Below are positions 17,320 through 31,766 of a DNA stretch of 64,000 nucleotides, piece after piece. The DNA comes from the human T2T-CHM13v2.0 reference genome, Homo sapiens, in NCBI RefSeq assembly GCF_009914755.1, contig NC_060927.1. One strand, 5' to 3'. The position numbers and the translations under genes were made by a program. Under the pieces are notes generated by a model. The model worked only from the letters and a program-made list of their open reading frames with translations. It had not been told where the DNA came from and did not search any database. How positions within the stretch are numbered: the stretch's first letter is position 1; every line of letters begins with the position of its first letter.

Positions 17320-17500
17320 TGTGCTATTTATTATTCTGGGTGTTTTACAAATTATCTCATTTAATCTTCTCAGTAAGTCCCTCAGTTATCCATTAGCTAC
17401 ACCATTTTGCAGAAAAAAACTAATAGATGTAGCTTAACTTCATCGAGTAAATGGTGGAGCTGAGATTTTTGACTCAGTTTTGATTGTGCTGTTTCTACTT
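17320..17500 (-). mobile_element. MIR fragment
   Basis: attatctcatttaatctt...ccattttgcaga...agtaaatggtggagctgagatt. Confidence 0.7.
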
Positions 17501-17864
17501 CCATACCGGGAGATATGAGATCGTTCTAGCTTTCATTCCAGACTCATGCTATCTCGCAAGCTGAAAGGGTTCCATGGAAAGTAAAATTTTTGACAGGCCT
17601 GAGATTGAGAGCTCAAGTATAGAAGGGTTTCATGACTGAGTCCTGGGGGGAAGTTTCCCAATGACAGAGGAAACAAGATTAGAGATCACTTCTAAGTGAG
17701 ATAGGAAGGGGGCATCTGTTTGCCCATGTGCATACATTGTCATAAATAAACATGGTAGCAAGGCTAATGTATGCAGCAGGAGGAAGGCATTAGAAAATTA
17801 ATGAAATGAAGTTTGGTGTTTATTCTGTTGTGAAGAACAATCATTTATTATCTACTTTCATGGA

Positions 17865-18200
17865 TCAAGGTCACCCACTTCTGTGCCCACCATTTTCTTA
17901 CCAGCCCAGATTTCATTTCCTCTCATAGGAACTATACCTCATTGTCTGCATTAAAATTCCAGTGAATGTCTCTGTCCTAAAATTTCTCATCCAAGCCATT
18001 CTTCACACTGTCACCAGAATTATTTTTCTATGACTCAGATTTGAAACCAATCTCCTGCTTGGAAACTATCAAAGTTAGTTAATAGACTAAACCTAATATT
18101 TCAGAAGGTTATTCAGCTTCCTTTAGAGACCTCCTGACTCTCTTTTTATCTTTTTTTCTAATTACAAATCCTTGACTTCCTCCAACACCATACCTATATT
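17865..18200 (+). mobile_element. L2 fragment
   Basis: ccattcttcacactgtcaccagaattatttttcta...ctcctgcttggaaac. Confidence 0.55.
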
Positions 18201-18889
18201 TTCAGGGCTCAGAGGGGCAACTGGGGTGATTATAAACTCTTCAATTCCAGTGGCTTTTCTACAGACCTAGGAACCCCCTTCATATAGAGATTTACTGAGC
18301 TAGCTCTGGATCTGTTCATTTCATGGGCTCTGACCATGAATTTAGATTTCAGCAACACTGAGAATGGCCTCAATAACAGAAGGATGACAGGTTTTATTAA
18401 TGGGCAGATACAAAGCAATGAAGAACCTAATTATACAGAAAATATACAATCCTTTTAGATTGAAGAAGAGAAAAATTCAGTAAGTTAATTATGAACTCAA
18501 AGATTAAGAAAGTAATTTAAAGAATTAAAACATATCATTTAGAAATTGTGCTGGTTCAGAAAATATAGGAGATATTAGATTTTTTACACAAACTAAATTC
18601 TCTAAAGTATTAATACTTTACCATTACAGTACTTTTAAAACAGAAGGAATAGAAAAAAATTATAAAAAAAAGAGAGAGAAAGAAAGACCTACTGTCACAG
18701 CTAGAGGAAGAAATACATTGAAGAGAAGGCTTAATGTATTAGAGAACTGGCTAGCAGGAAAGTTATGAAAGGGAAAAGGAGATGCACCCAAGTCTGTCTA
18801 CTGATTCTTTTTCCCTTCATATCCTCCCCATCCTCTATTGCTTCTTTTTAATATTTTGAAGTATCTATTTCTTTTTAATATTTTAATTT

Positions 18890-19370
18890 TTACTTTATTT
18901 ATAAATAATTTTATACCTATAAAAAGGTTGAAAACATAGGACAAACAATTTTCATCAGATTTCTTAAATAATTCTAAAAGAGTAATAGTAATGTGGTATC
19001 TGACCACATTAACTTTCTGCATCTCTGTACCATTTGAGAGTAAGTTGCTAAAATGATGCTTTTTAATTACATACATTTTGGCATGTATTTTTTTTAAAAG
19101 AAAGACTTTTTCCATGCCACAGTACAATTATAAAAATAAGCTGACATCAGTATGATCTAATCTAAAGATCTTACTCAAATTTCACCAGTTGTCCCACTGG
19201 CAATCTGTTTAGCAAAAGAAAACAGAAGTGTTTTTCTGGTCCAGCATCACCTTTTGCATTTACTTATCTTAAAATTAAAGAATTTAATTATCTTTAATCC
19301 AAATCTACCTTTCATGATCTTACATTTTTGAAGAGGACAGATCAATTATCCTATAGAATATCCACATTCC
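18890..19370 (-). mobile_element. L1MC4/5-like 3' UTR fragment
   Basis: ccatttgagagtaagttgc; caaatttcaccagttgtccca; catttttgaagaggacag. Confidence 0.7.
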
Positions 19371-20958
19371 CTCTGAAACCCATCCTAATAGCTTTCGCCT
19401 CCAACACTCCACCTAAACAGCTCTTCCCAGGGTCCCCTTTTAACTCCCATATTGCTGTATTCTGTGGTCCATTTCTAATTTCATGTAATCTAACTATAAC
19501 TTCAGACCTAGTAGATCACTCACTCACCCCGAAACTTTCTTCTCTTGGCTTCCATAACATTCCACATTTTCCTAGATTTCCTTCTCTCTTACTGATCATT
19601 TCTTCTCAGCCTTTTTTTCCTGGTTTCCTTCCTGATCTCTGAACTATTTACCTTGGAATGCTCCTGACTCAATCTTCAGGCCTCTTTTTTTCTCTACCTA
19701 TATCTCCTTCCTTGGCTTTGAATACCATCTATACCATCTATGCTTTACAACATCCAATTAGTTATGTTTTACTTGGACCTCTCATCTGAACCCCAGAACT
19801 GTATATTTTAACTGCTTACCTAACATCCCCACTTTGCTGTCCAGTTGGCATTTTAGACTTAACGTATTAAAATACATATCTCTGATGGTCTCTATCTCAG
19901 TCATAAACCTGCTTTTTCTTCAGCCTTTCCAGTCTCAGTAAATGAAACTTCATTTTTCCAAATATAGACCGAAAAATTGAGTCATTTTTCCAATTAATCC
20001 AACAAAAAACCTGAGTCATAAATTGACTCTTCGCTTCCTCTCACACTCCGTGGGAAAACTATGAGAATGTCTTGTTTGACCATCAAAATATAATGGGAAT
20101 CTCATTACTGCTATCACCTTGGTTCCAATGACAATCATTTTTCCTCCAGATCAATGTAGTAGCTTCTGAACTGGTCTCCCTGATTCTGCATTGTCCTCTA
20201 TAATCTATTTTCAATATGGCAAAAGAGTGCTCTTTTAAAGTGCAAACCAGACCATTTTACTTATGCTCAAATCCCTCTTCCCTTCTCTTTGAGGAAAATC
20301 TTTCCTTCTCTTTGGGAAGAAAAGTCAAAGAACTTACAAGTGATCTATTAAACTTACTATGATCTCAACCCACTCCCCTGCCAACCTTTCATCTCTGCCC
20401 TCACCTCCTATGAATAAAGCATAGTCCCTGTGGTCAGGAGTTTGATAATTCACTGCAAGCAATTATAGCAGTAGATATATTAGAGGCTGGTATATAAGAA
20501 AGGCTTTTTGCATAAGATATATTTGCATATCTACAAATACAAATATACAACATATTTAATAAACTGACAAGATATATATTATATACATACACACACACAT
20601 CCTATCTCTTGCCCCAGTCTCTATCAATTTATTAAATGCTTTTTTATTCTTCAATTTCTTCAGTCCAAAACCTTAGAAATATTCTTGACTCCTTTCTTTA
20701 TATTTTGTCTGAATGCATAGATACATATGGAGTCTTGTAGGAGCTTATTTTAAAATACAGCCAGAACATACCTACTTCTCATCCCTCCACTGATACCACC
20801 ATGGGAACCCACCATCATCTGTTGACTGGCTTTTTACAGGAGCTTCATGCATTTCTCCTATACCTCCTGGTCTTCTGGCTTCTTCTTTCATCAAAGACAG
20901 TGAAATCTTTGCTTTGTAGCCAGTATGGTGATTTAAAATTCTTTTAAATTGAGACCTG

Positions 20959-21250
<292 letters not shown>

Positions 21251-21415
21251 ATTGGAGATCTCTTTGTTTTAAAAACAAATATAATCATTTCATTTTCCTC
21301 TCAAAATTTTCCATTTGCTTCTAGTGAGAGTAAAATTAAAAGTTACCAAGGCCTAGAAGGCCCAACAGATAGAGACAGTAGACAGCCAAATGCCACCCAG
21401 GTCATTTTAAACAGG

Positions 21416-21435
21416 GGGCTTGCCTAAGCATGCCC
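21416..21435. promoter_or_regulatory. Perfect p53 response element (two half-sites, no spacer)
   Basis: GGGCTTGCCT AAGCATGCCC matches RRRCWWGYYY twice with no mismatch. Confidence 0.85.
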
Positions 21436-21546
21436 ATGGTAAAATAATTCCATCCCTAACACATGCACAGTAAGGGAAATAAATCAGTGTGGAGTGGCTC
21501 AGACTAAGGGCCCATCTGCATATTGGGAGAATGGGGTGGAGCCACA

Positions 21547-21556
21547 GGGAATTCCC
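21547..21556. promoter_or_regulatory. Palindromic NF-kB motif
   Basis: GGGAATTCCC fits GGGRNWYYCC on both strands. Confidence 0.6.
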
Positions 21557-23036
21557 ACTTTTCGCAGGTGGGGAGGAGCCTGGCCTCTTCAGCTCCTATG
21601 GTAGGAACCTGTTGGGAGGACCCCCGCTTTTCTTTGGCTCAGAACTTTTTAAAAAGAAATTCCACTCTCCTCACCTTTCAATGTGTCTGCGTGCCTAATT
21701 TTTCCTGATCGTGAGACAAGAACCTGGACTTTAGCTGTACTAAGGAGCAAAACATCCTGCATCACAACTGGATGTGTTCTCTCATTCTACCATTCCCTGC
21801 CTACTCGTACTGTTCCTGGAGCACACTAAGCTTTTGCACCACTCTCCATCAAAAACACACAACAAAGGGCTTCCCAATTCCTACCTCCTCCACTTACTTG
21901 AATCCATCTTACTCTGCTTTTATTTTTTTATCACCACTCGCTCTATCTATTCATCTATCCATCTGTGTATCTCGTCTCTAGTCATGCATCTGGCAACCAT
22001 TTATTGCCTGTCTTCTCCTGTAAGAAATGTAAACTTTATGAACATAGGAAATTTGTTTGTTCATTTTCTTTAACTTGTATATCCCCAGCAGCTAGGAGAG
22101 TGTCACGAACATAGCAGAGACTCATTAAATAACTAAAGTAAGAAATTATTTCATGAAAATCTTTTCTCATTTAACAATATGTTAATAAGATTAAACATTA
22201 TTTTCAAACGGAATTTTAAACTTCATATATTCATCCATCTTTTGGATACATCATTTACACAAGGAAGCTGCTATTCTTGGAGATTAGAATTTCCCCTCCA
22301 CTCCTCAATTTTTTGGTATTAGAACAACAGGGTAAAAAGAATAAAAAAAAAAAGCCAAACTTTGGTGCATATCCATGCTATTTCCTGAGCACAAATCATC
22401 ATAGTAATGAAATTATTGAGTGAATGCCTATGAACATTTTAAACTTTTGCTAGTCCTTGAGAGGTTGACCTCTATCAGCAAGCTCGCATGTGATACTTGT
22501 GACATACCCTCACTAATATTGTGTAATATATCATTTAAAAATAGACAATTTTTACTTTTCTCATTAAAAATAATTATTAGTAATATTATAATAATTACAT
22601 TTTCACTGTTTCCTAATCATTTGTGTAGATGAGTGTGTTTTGTGAATGGCTATTCTTATCATTTACATGTTTTTTTAAACAGAGTACATGATTTTTCTTA
22701 TTAACTTGTCAAAGCTCTTTTTTTAGGAGCAATAACCATTTAACTATATATATATATATATATTTCACAATTAGTTGCATACTTTTAAGTTTTATTATAA
22801 TTTGGTGAACAATGTCATTTTATTTTTATGTAGTCAAATATTTCCTCTTGTGGCTTTTTGCCTTAATCTCATGTATGGAAAATTCTTTTCTTACCCTATA
22901 ATATATAAACCTTGATATATTTTTATGAGTTTTTTTTCTACATATATACTATTTTAATGCCTGAATACTATTTCATCATGTTAGTATTCTGTGGAGTTGT
23001 ACCATTTGTAAAGGCAACAACTTAAAAAGTAAGACA

Positions 23037-23193
23037 GTCGGGACATGGTGGCTTATGCTACTAAGTGTGTTGGGAAGCCAAAGTGAAAGGATTGTTTGAG
23101 CCCAGGAGTTTGAGGTTACAGTGAGCTATGATGACTCCACTTCAATTCAGCCTGGGTGATAGAGTGAGACCCTGTCTCCAAATAAATAAATAG
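23037..23193 (+). mobile_element. Monomeric Alu (FRAM/FAM-like)
   Basis: Single monomer with (taaa)n tail; 11-bp TSD aaagtaagaca at 23026-23036 and 23194-23204. Confidence 0.85.
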
Positions 23194-23414
23194 AAAGTAA
23201 GACAAAAATTACCTAAAGTCAAATGTATTCCTGATTACTGTTTCTTTGAATGAATACCAGATGAGTTCAATGGTTAAATATATAATGCTCCATAAAGCCA
23301 CATTCATTGAGTAAGAAGATCCCACCCCATGACTTAGGCAAAGATTACCAAATGAGAGAAAATTCTTTCCCAAATTACATTTTCTCTGGGACAAAAACCA
23401 ATATATAGAGACAG

Positions 23415-23802
23415 TGTCTCAGTTTGCACTGCTATAACAAGATACCATAGATTGGGTGGCTTACAAACAAAAGAAATTTATTTCTTACAGTTCTGGTGGC
23501 TGGGAAGTCCAAGGTCAAGGTACTGGCTAATTTTTTTTTTCCTAGTGAGGCCTGTCCTCTTGGTTTTCTCATGGTGGTGGGGAGTGGCATGGGGCAGAAC
23601 TGCAGAAAGAAAGAGGAAGAGAGAGAGGAAGCAAGCAAGCAATCTCCTGTTTCTTTGTATAAGCATGCTAATCCCAACATGAAGGCTCCACCCTCATGAC
23701 CTAATTACCTCCCAAAGGTCCCACCTTGATATGCCATCATATTGGGGATTAGGGTTTCAAAGTATGACTTTTGGCGGGGACTCAGATGTTCAGTCCATAG
23801 TA
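23415..23802 (-). mobile_element. MLT1A-like MaLR solo LTR
   Basis: tgctataacaagataccatagattgggtggctt...gaagtccaagg...ccaccctcatgacctaattacctcccaaagg...ttcagtccatagta. Confidence 0.85.
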
Positions 23803-24974
23803 GAAGGCTATGAGTTGGGCTGCATGAGCATCACTATTTAAATTATTTCTGTCTTCCTTTCCTCCCCTGTGGCTTAAAATAGAATTTAACTTAACTAAAA
23901 AGTAAGTGCATTGACAATGGTACTAGAAAGTAAGATGATTTATTTTCACATTGTATTTAAGTTTTTTCAATTTTTCACTGTCTTGTATATTATTACGATT
24001 TATATATTTGTACACGTTTCTTTATTTCCTTACAATTTCTAAAAGTGGGTCAAAATTTATAAACATTCTTTAGGCCTTTGAATAGTATGTTGACCAACAC
24101 CTTTCCAGAAAGATTGTAACAGTTTACATTACTATGAGATGGTTGACATTGTTTGTCTTAAGACATGTAGGATTTTCATTATTAGAGATGGAAGGAGAAA
24201 AATTCCTTGCTTAGTACGTAGCAGGAGTCAAGACATTGAAATATGATAATGCAGAAATATTCAGCTAAAGGCAATCTATGTGCTACATGGAAATGTGTTT
24301 AGCTGGTGATTGAATCTGGATAAATGCACAAAAATTGATAGCTATTTTGTTGTCAGAATTTCCCATGACTAGATTGACATACTGCAATTGTAGAACTTCT
24401 CATGTTGTATTGTAAAATCACAGAGAGAAACTCATAGATTGTAAATTCTTTGTAGACCGGGCCTGTCTTATATTAATAGTTACCTCCAAACCACCTATTA
24501 TACTCCTGATACATAGTAGGTGAGCAAAAACATCAAATGAATGCATTAATTGAATTTGCATAAAGATAGTGGAAATACTAAATCTTGACTCTATCTTTTG
24601 AAGTGAAATTCCTATGACCTTGACTGCCTGTATCATTAATTTGCTAATTAATGACAAACTCAATAACTTTGACTTTTAAAATGTTTTGAATTATTATTAT
24701 ATCATTATTCAACTTTTAAGTAATTATATTTTATCTCCACATCTTAATTCTAAATATTTTGAAATCAAGAATGATGCCTGATTTTGCTCAACATCATTGA
24801 TTTTGATTAACAAATTGACTAATAGATAACTGAAATACGTTTCTAAAATGCAGAAAAGGATAAGCAAATGGAAGGCAAGCAATCACCTTAAAAGGTTACG
24901 TGAGTTTATCACCTGTGCATTTTTTTAATCCAAATTTAAATCTCTAAAATTGAAGGGCCATGGAACTCAGATAT

Positions 24975-25130
24975 GCTCTGGCCACAGTTGACCCTATGAC
25001 TTTGAGCTTTTTACTTTATCTTGATTGCTACAGCTGAGAAAACGGGAATAGTAATGCTGAACTTTATGGCTATTACAAAGGTTAAATAAAATATATGTCA
25101 TCTAGCATCTAGTTACCTGAAATTTATTAG
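24975..25130 (+). mobile_element. MIR fragment
   Basis: tatgactttgagc...cagctgagaaaacgggaatagtaat...ggttaaataaaatatatgt. Confidence 0.6.
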
Positions 25131-27589
25131 GAGATTAAACTTTAAAACAAATAAAAGGGGAAATAAGAAAAGATGGAAACTCTCAGCTTTCCATCCTCAT
25201 CTACATCTCTGGAATCTTCAGGACTCCTAGAATCCCAAGAAGGACTTATTCTGACTTACAGATCCTGAGGCCATGAGACTATTCTCTTCAGGACAACTTA
25301 GACCAGTAAAGCTATGATGCCTAATTGCCTATAATTTTTTTTAACTTTTCTGTAAAATTTGTCTATTTCATGGTGGCAAAATCTGATACGTGTGCGTGCA
25401 TATGTATGTGTGACCTGCATAATATCAGGAAACAACAAGTAAAATACCAAAATAAATATAGGTGACCTTGAGCATAGATATAACCCTGTATTTTATGTTC
25501 CTCTGTTCCTTAAATTGAATGTGCCAATAGCTCATAATCCTGTAAAGCATTTCGTTTAAGTATAGTGGTTGCATATATCTTAGTAAAATGAGATAAGTGA
25601 AAAATATGGAGGCTTGAATTCTCAAGAGAGATAATATGTAGGTTTTTTTAAGAAAAATGAACATAGATTTTTACAGTGGGGAGGTGAATAGTGGGTGAGT
25701 AAAGTGGATAAAAAGGTGCCTTCTATGCTTTTTTAATTGATTCTAATCAAATCTTTAAATAAATACCTACAGAAATAGGAATTGATTCTTGCCTGCTGGC
25801 TAAGGCCAAAGGCATTCATCAAAGAGACAGATAGAAGACTAATTTTTATTGTTATATAAACACAGAGAATTAGGAGTTAGAAGGCTCATTTCTAGTTGTT
25901 GGTGTTTGCCTAGGTATTTTGGATTAAGGAAGTAAAAAAAAAGTTCCTTTCATATAAAATATTAAACCTTGCACATGGAAAACAATTTTCTCACTATGAA
26001 GGACTTTCATACATAAACACACAACATGAGTACACACACAAACCTACATACAGACATAATTATATGTGGGCAAATATGTGGGGATGGATAGACAGGTAAA
26101 TACTGTGTTTAGGTACATATATTTACCAACAGAAAATATGGGAAAGAGTTACTGGAATATTTCTTAGCTGCCCCTCTGGGTCAGACATTGCTCTATCATT
26201 CTCTTCTATTTGAGTACTATTTTTTGTTTGTTTTAATTATTTTGCTTACATTACTGTGGTTCTAGTTAGAATAAATTAGAATAGTTTCTAAAACTCTTGC
26301 TCTACATCTTTTCTCAACAAGCCAGCCTTGTGTGTTTCCTCCAAGTTATCACTGTCCTGGGGGCTGAGATCTCTTGTGTACCTGCCTGTTTCCCTGGCAG
26401 TGCCAAGTCAAGGCTGTGACAGAGGTTAAAAAACAAAAAAAGGGTAGGAATAAACTGCAGACTGCTAGCTGCAAAATGATATGCCTGCTGATTCCAGAAA
26501 TTGGCCCAAGAATTAGCAATCATTCTACAATAGACACACTAAATACCCAGAAAGGATGCTTTTGCATTAAGCCATTCATCTTAGAAAGATGTCACACACT
26601 CTTCTAAGACTTCCTCATTAAATAAGCAGCACGAAAGGTACAGGTCACAGCAGGGAATCACTTAACAAGATTTCACACTAGGAAAAGTGTTTAAATTCAC
26701 AGCACTTGCACTCTATCCGTGCTGCACTTAAATCTCAATTTTCCAATCATATCACAATTTCTATTTCTTACTTATTTAAGCTACTTAGAGTAGTGAAGAC
26801 CCTTTTCTTTTAGGATTTAAGGAATCTACATCCATCTTCACACCTCTCTGATCATGTGTGCCCTTCTCCATCCCCTCTTACCCTTTGGATCCTTCGATAA
26901 AGTTCTTTGCAATTATTATCATAACATCGTGGTCCTACATAAAAAATATCATAGAAATATGAATACAGAGAGGATATCCTTTTATCTTCATATCTTTGAT
27001 AGTTACTATGATAATATGACTCTTAGATTACTCTTACGAGAAAAACTTTGCTTATGATATAATCATGACCTCAACCAGGTTTCTCCCAAATACATGAGGG
27101 AAGGAAGAATTGGCAAAGGTAAAAATTCTTTTTTATATAAAAAAGAGTCTTCTTCATTCTGTCATAAAAGTATTACATATTTAGTATAGGAAAAGAAAAA
27201 AGCATATAAAATAAACCACTGATTTTAATGCATCTTCTAGTATTTTTGGATGCCTCAAATTTAGTAATTTAAAAAATTATATTACTATTTTTCACCAACT
27301 TTGTATCATAATACTTTTCCTGTAATGATGGACTCTTTATAAGCAATTTGAGTCACTGACATTGAATGGATATACTACTTGTGTTAAACATTTAAATTAT
27401 TTTCAATGTTCAGTTCTGATAAATATTGTCAGATATAAACATTTTAAAGATTCATAATATACCTGTTGTTTATTCTGCCCAGAATTATATTTACGTTTTT
27501 TAGGAAGTTGTCTGCCTGTTCTAATTACTGGAATCAAATAGACAAATTGAGAGAGACACCTTTTAATTCTCCTCACTCCTCTGTTCATA

Positions 27590-28003
27590 GTGATTGTTTT
27601 AGGTTGGAAATCTACACCAAAGAGGCCACAGTCTCCACTGGCCATAGCAGACTGACCCGGGATGGAGGGCACTGGAGTAAAGCTGGGCTATTGAGTACCC
27701 TTCTTTAGGATTTTTAAAGTGTATCAAAGACAGCAATTCAGTTCCTCTCTGGTAGTGGAAATGTGAGGTCCTTAGGTAGCTGCCAGCAAGGCTCCCCACT
27801 TCATGGAAGAATGTGCTCAGCAGAAAAGGAAGACAAACAGCAATGAGACCAAGTTGCTGCTTGCAGCATATCAGTTTTGGTTCTTGTTTTCAGTGCAGCC
27901 CAGCCACAGTTACGTGTATCTTCTAAAGAATGCTGCTTTTAGCGTAAACTTTGCTTAAACAGAATTTTTGTTTCTTGCAACCAAAAAAGTGCTGATGAAT
28001 GCA
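27590..28003 (+). mobile_element. Old MLT1 (J/K/L-like) LTR
   Basis: Ends gtttcttgcaaccaaaaaagtgctgatgaatgca; internal aagctgggctattgagt. Confidence 0.6.
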
Positions 28004-28049
28004 ATAGATACAGTTTCTAATTTATTCAGGAAGCAAAAAGCTTTTATTT

Positions 28050-29750
28050 TAAATGTTCCCATCAGCATTTGATATTTTCATTAAAATTTCATTTTGTATT
28101 TTCAATATTTGATTATTTTCTTGTGTGACTGAACGTTTTTTGTGTTATTTGGTGTATAACTCTACTGTGGTTTGCATTCTTTAGCATTACAAAGTACCCT
28201 TATTAGTATTTTTCACATAACACCTTTTTGCCTAAATTCAACCTTGTTGGAAATTCAAATCTTAACTCCTGCTTCTTTTTTGGCTGATAAAATTATGTCT
28301 CTCTTTTGTATGTGGACATTGAGTCAGTTTATTTGGAGTTTCTTGCATAATATATAAAGTTGGATTTTACTTTGAGATCAAATTTGAAAGTAATTATTTT
28401 AATTAACAGCTTAGTTTATCTGCTGTTATTGATATGGTAGACATGTTTGACCTTAGTTCTATTATGTCTATAAAAATCTTTTGTGGTCTGTTTGCTTGGC
28501 TTCATATACATGTTCATGCATAGGTGTGCGTGCATGTTATACATTCACGGTGCATTTCTGATAAAGAAGATGATTTGAGTTTTTGTTAGAGTGTTTATTT
28601 TTTAAGGATACCTTTAATCTCCTCTTTCTTGGGACTGTATCTATTAATTTCCTTCTGTGAACAATAACAACATTAGCATATTTCTCCCTTTTCTCTTTTC
28701 CCTACTCTTTCCTCCACCACTTAGTTTCAGTCAATGCATTATTTTTCTTAATGTTTGCTTATCTTTGCATACTTAAACATACCTGTATGTCTGCTAATTT
28801 ATTTTTATTTCTAAATAATAGGTCTGATTACTCCTCCCACTCTTAAAACTGAGAAAATCAGCAATTTAGTTTACCTCCATTCCCCATCCTTTTTCCCTGC
28901 CACATTCCGTTATACTATTTTTATTAGTTATATTATCAGTGCATATAACATTGTTTATTATGTTGCAGGCTTTAGTTTTTGCATATTTCAAATCTTAGTC
29001 CCAAGCTAAATATGATCAATACTCACCACCAGTTATTTTATTATAATTTATTCAATTTTCTCTTGGTTGGCTGATACTTGTCTTCTAGTAGGATACTAAA
29101 GAGAGTTTATGGGAAAAATATACTGGAGTTCTGCATGTTCAAAAATATTTATGTGTTGCCTGTATATATAATGAGGGATAGGCTGAATATAAAATTCTTA
29201 GGTCACTCTTTCCTTGAACATTTTGTAGGTTTCATTCCACAGCATTTATATGAGTTGAAGGTTTCTGTGGAGAAGCCACAAGCAAAACGATTTTTTTCCC
29301 CTGTTATAAGGCATTTGATTTTTGGTCTGGCTGCTACTCAAATACTTTACTGATCTTTCAAGTATTGTAATTTTCTTGTGATATGTCTTTGTGTTGCTAT
29401 TTCTTGTGAGTTTTATCTGGGCTGTAATGTAGCTTTTTAAAACTATGTTGCTTAAGCTTCTTCAATTTGGGGTAAATTTTTTTGAGGTGTAAACCTTTAC
29501 CATTTATTTCTCTTATTAGTTTGCTTCTTTAGCACACTAAAATCTAAAATCTACTAAAATTTTATATGAAAATGTAGATTTTTCATATATTGACTCTTTT
29601 TTTGCTTGTCTTCTACTTCATTTGTTTTCTTTAGAGCTCTTTTTAGACTTTTTGATTAACTCTTCTCATTTTTACATCCATTTCTCATATTAATTTTTCC
29701 CCAACAGTGTCTTTTCTCCTTGTGCTGCTTCTTTTTTTCTTGTTTTGAAG
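28050..29750 (-). mobile_element. HAL1/old L1M fragment
   Basis: T-rich; ctgcatgttcaaaaatattt...ggctgaatataaaattcttagg...tgtggagaag. Confidence 0.5.
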
Positions 29751-30629
29751 ACGGTCTTAATTTCTTCTTTTCATCCCATCCCCCAAGATCCACCTACTGA
29801 AACTCAAGTTAAAAATATTAAGACTAGATTGAATAATACCCAAAGTTCTGTAAGTATATAATCCCAAATTCCATAGTTTGTCATCTATATTTTTATTTTG
29901 TTCTTGATTCATATAGGATAACATATAGCCAGCCATTTGACCATGATTTTCATCTACTGTGAAAAAACAGATTTCTGGTATTTGCATTATTTCACTTTTT
30001 CTTTATTCCTTTTCTCCTTTACTGCTTTTTGTTTGTACTTTTTTCTAGAATGCATGTTGATTCCTTTAATTTACTTATATAGTACTCATAATTGAAGGAC
30101 TGAGTAGTTTCTGTATCTAGTTATAGGAGTCGGATTGGGGGAAGAATGCAAAACATAATTATAAAAGTATTTAAGGTACTGTCCTCTTCAGAGCCAGCTT
30201 ACTCTGGGTTCTTAGCAGCAAAGATCAGTGGATGAGTACTGGATCCCCACACTTTAAAACTGTATATAGATAAGATAACTTTGTCCTAAGGAAGAGTGGC
30301 TATGCATTTAATTTTCTAGTATTCAATGCAAGGAGCAAGCAGGCTTGAGAACATCAGTTTCACAATCACCAAGTTTAAACTTGATGAATTTTAAAGAAAC
30401 TTGAAGAATAGTATGTTTCTATGGCTTTGAGTGATCTTCTCATGGCCACTGCACAGGGACAATGCCTATGCAATTCCTGGATAAGTGAGCTCACCTCAAA
30501 ATAATCTCCTGCCCCCAAGCTGCTCCTGGTGAGAGACAATCTGCATTTTAATATTACCCATACCAGGGGAAGTGGAAATTAAATGTTGATAGGTCAAGTT
30601 ATAATTTCAAGTGGGGTAATAAGACCTTA

Positions 30630-30845
30630 TATTTACTCTGCAGTTTACAGTTTATAAAGTAATATCTCGTGCTCACTTCACTTTACTTTCAAACTCTCCT
30701 GGGAAGTAGGCATTATTATTCATGTTTTATAGTTATGGAAGTCTACATTCATTGATATTACGTCTCCATGCTTCACCCTAAATGAGTGTAAGAGCTCAAA
30801 TCTGGATTCCAGACTTCGTGTATCTTTTCCTTCATAGCACAGATG
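30630..30845 (-). mobile_element. MIR fragment
   Basis: gtttacagtttataaagt...ggaagtaggcattattattcatgttttatag. Confidence 0.6.
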
Positions 30846-30982
30846 ATTAAAAGTACCAAAAGAACAGTGCAAGAGAATATGGGAGAGTAATAAGGTGAGA
30901 GTAATGTTTTAAAATCAACTTTTACTAGAATCGGCTTATGTCCATTTTTTAATGTTAGCTCTGTGAAATTATAAAATTATAG

Positions 30983-31327
<345 letters not shown>

Positions 31328-31722
31328 TAAGACATTTTAAAAGACATTTTTAAATCAAGCCCCATTTCTTCAGAAAAATAAGGACTATTATCAGAAATTA
31401 AGCCACTTGATAAAACTAATGCTCAAAGGAGTTAAGTAACCTGGCCACAACTAAGTAAGTAAATTGAGTCTAGAAACTTGGGCATTTTATTTCAAAATGA
31501 ATCAAGATAAAATATGTTGTATCTTTGGACCAAACTACAAAGATGCATTCTTATATTTAGACAGATTTTTGGTTATCTTTGGTTACTTTAGGTTTGGGGA
31601 AGTACTTGGAAAAAAGAGGTGTGAGATTTTGCTAACAATATAATTCAAACTCACAGACTAGAAGATTTAACCAAAAATCAATCTATTGGTGTTTAAATCC
31701 AGTTTTCTCCTAAGATGAAGAG

Positions 31723-31731
<9 letters not shown>

Positions 31732-31764
<33 letters not shown>
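31732..31764 (+). repeat. Poly(A) tract, A33
   Basis: Uninterrupted run of 33 A. Confidence 0.95.

Positions 31765-31766
<2 letters not shown>

Larger units (their letters stand above)
21367..21764 (+). mobile_element. MER61-type (MER4 group, ERV1) solo LTR
   Basis: agatagagacag...ggaggagcctggcc...actaaggagcaaaacatcctgcatca; 4-bp TSD caac/caac; shares motifs with the LTR at 40847. Confidence 0.8.

Noticed and set aside
26579-26609. Small hairpin tcttagaa...ttctaaga
   Set aside because: An 8-bp stem is expected by chance in AT-rich DNA
30204-30357. Possible MER103/MER112-like hAT relic
   Set aside because: Similarity too weak to call by eye
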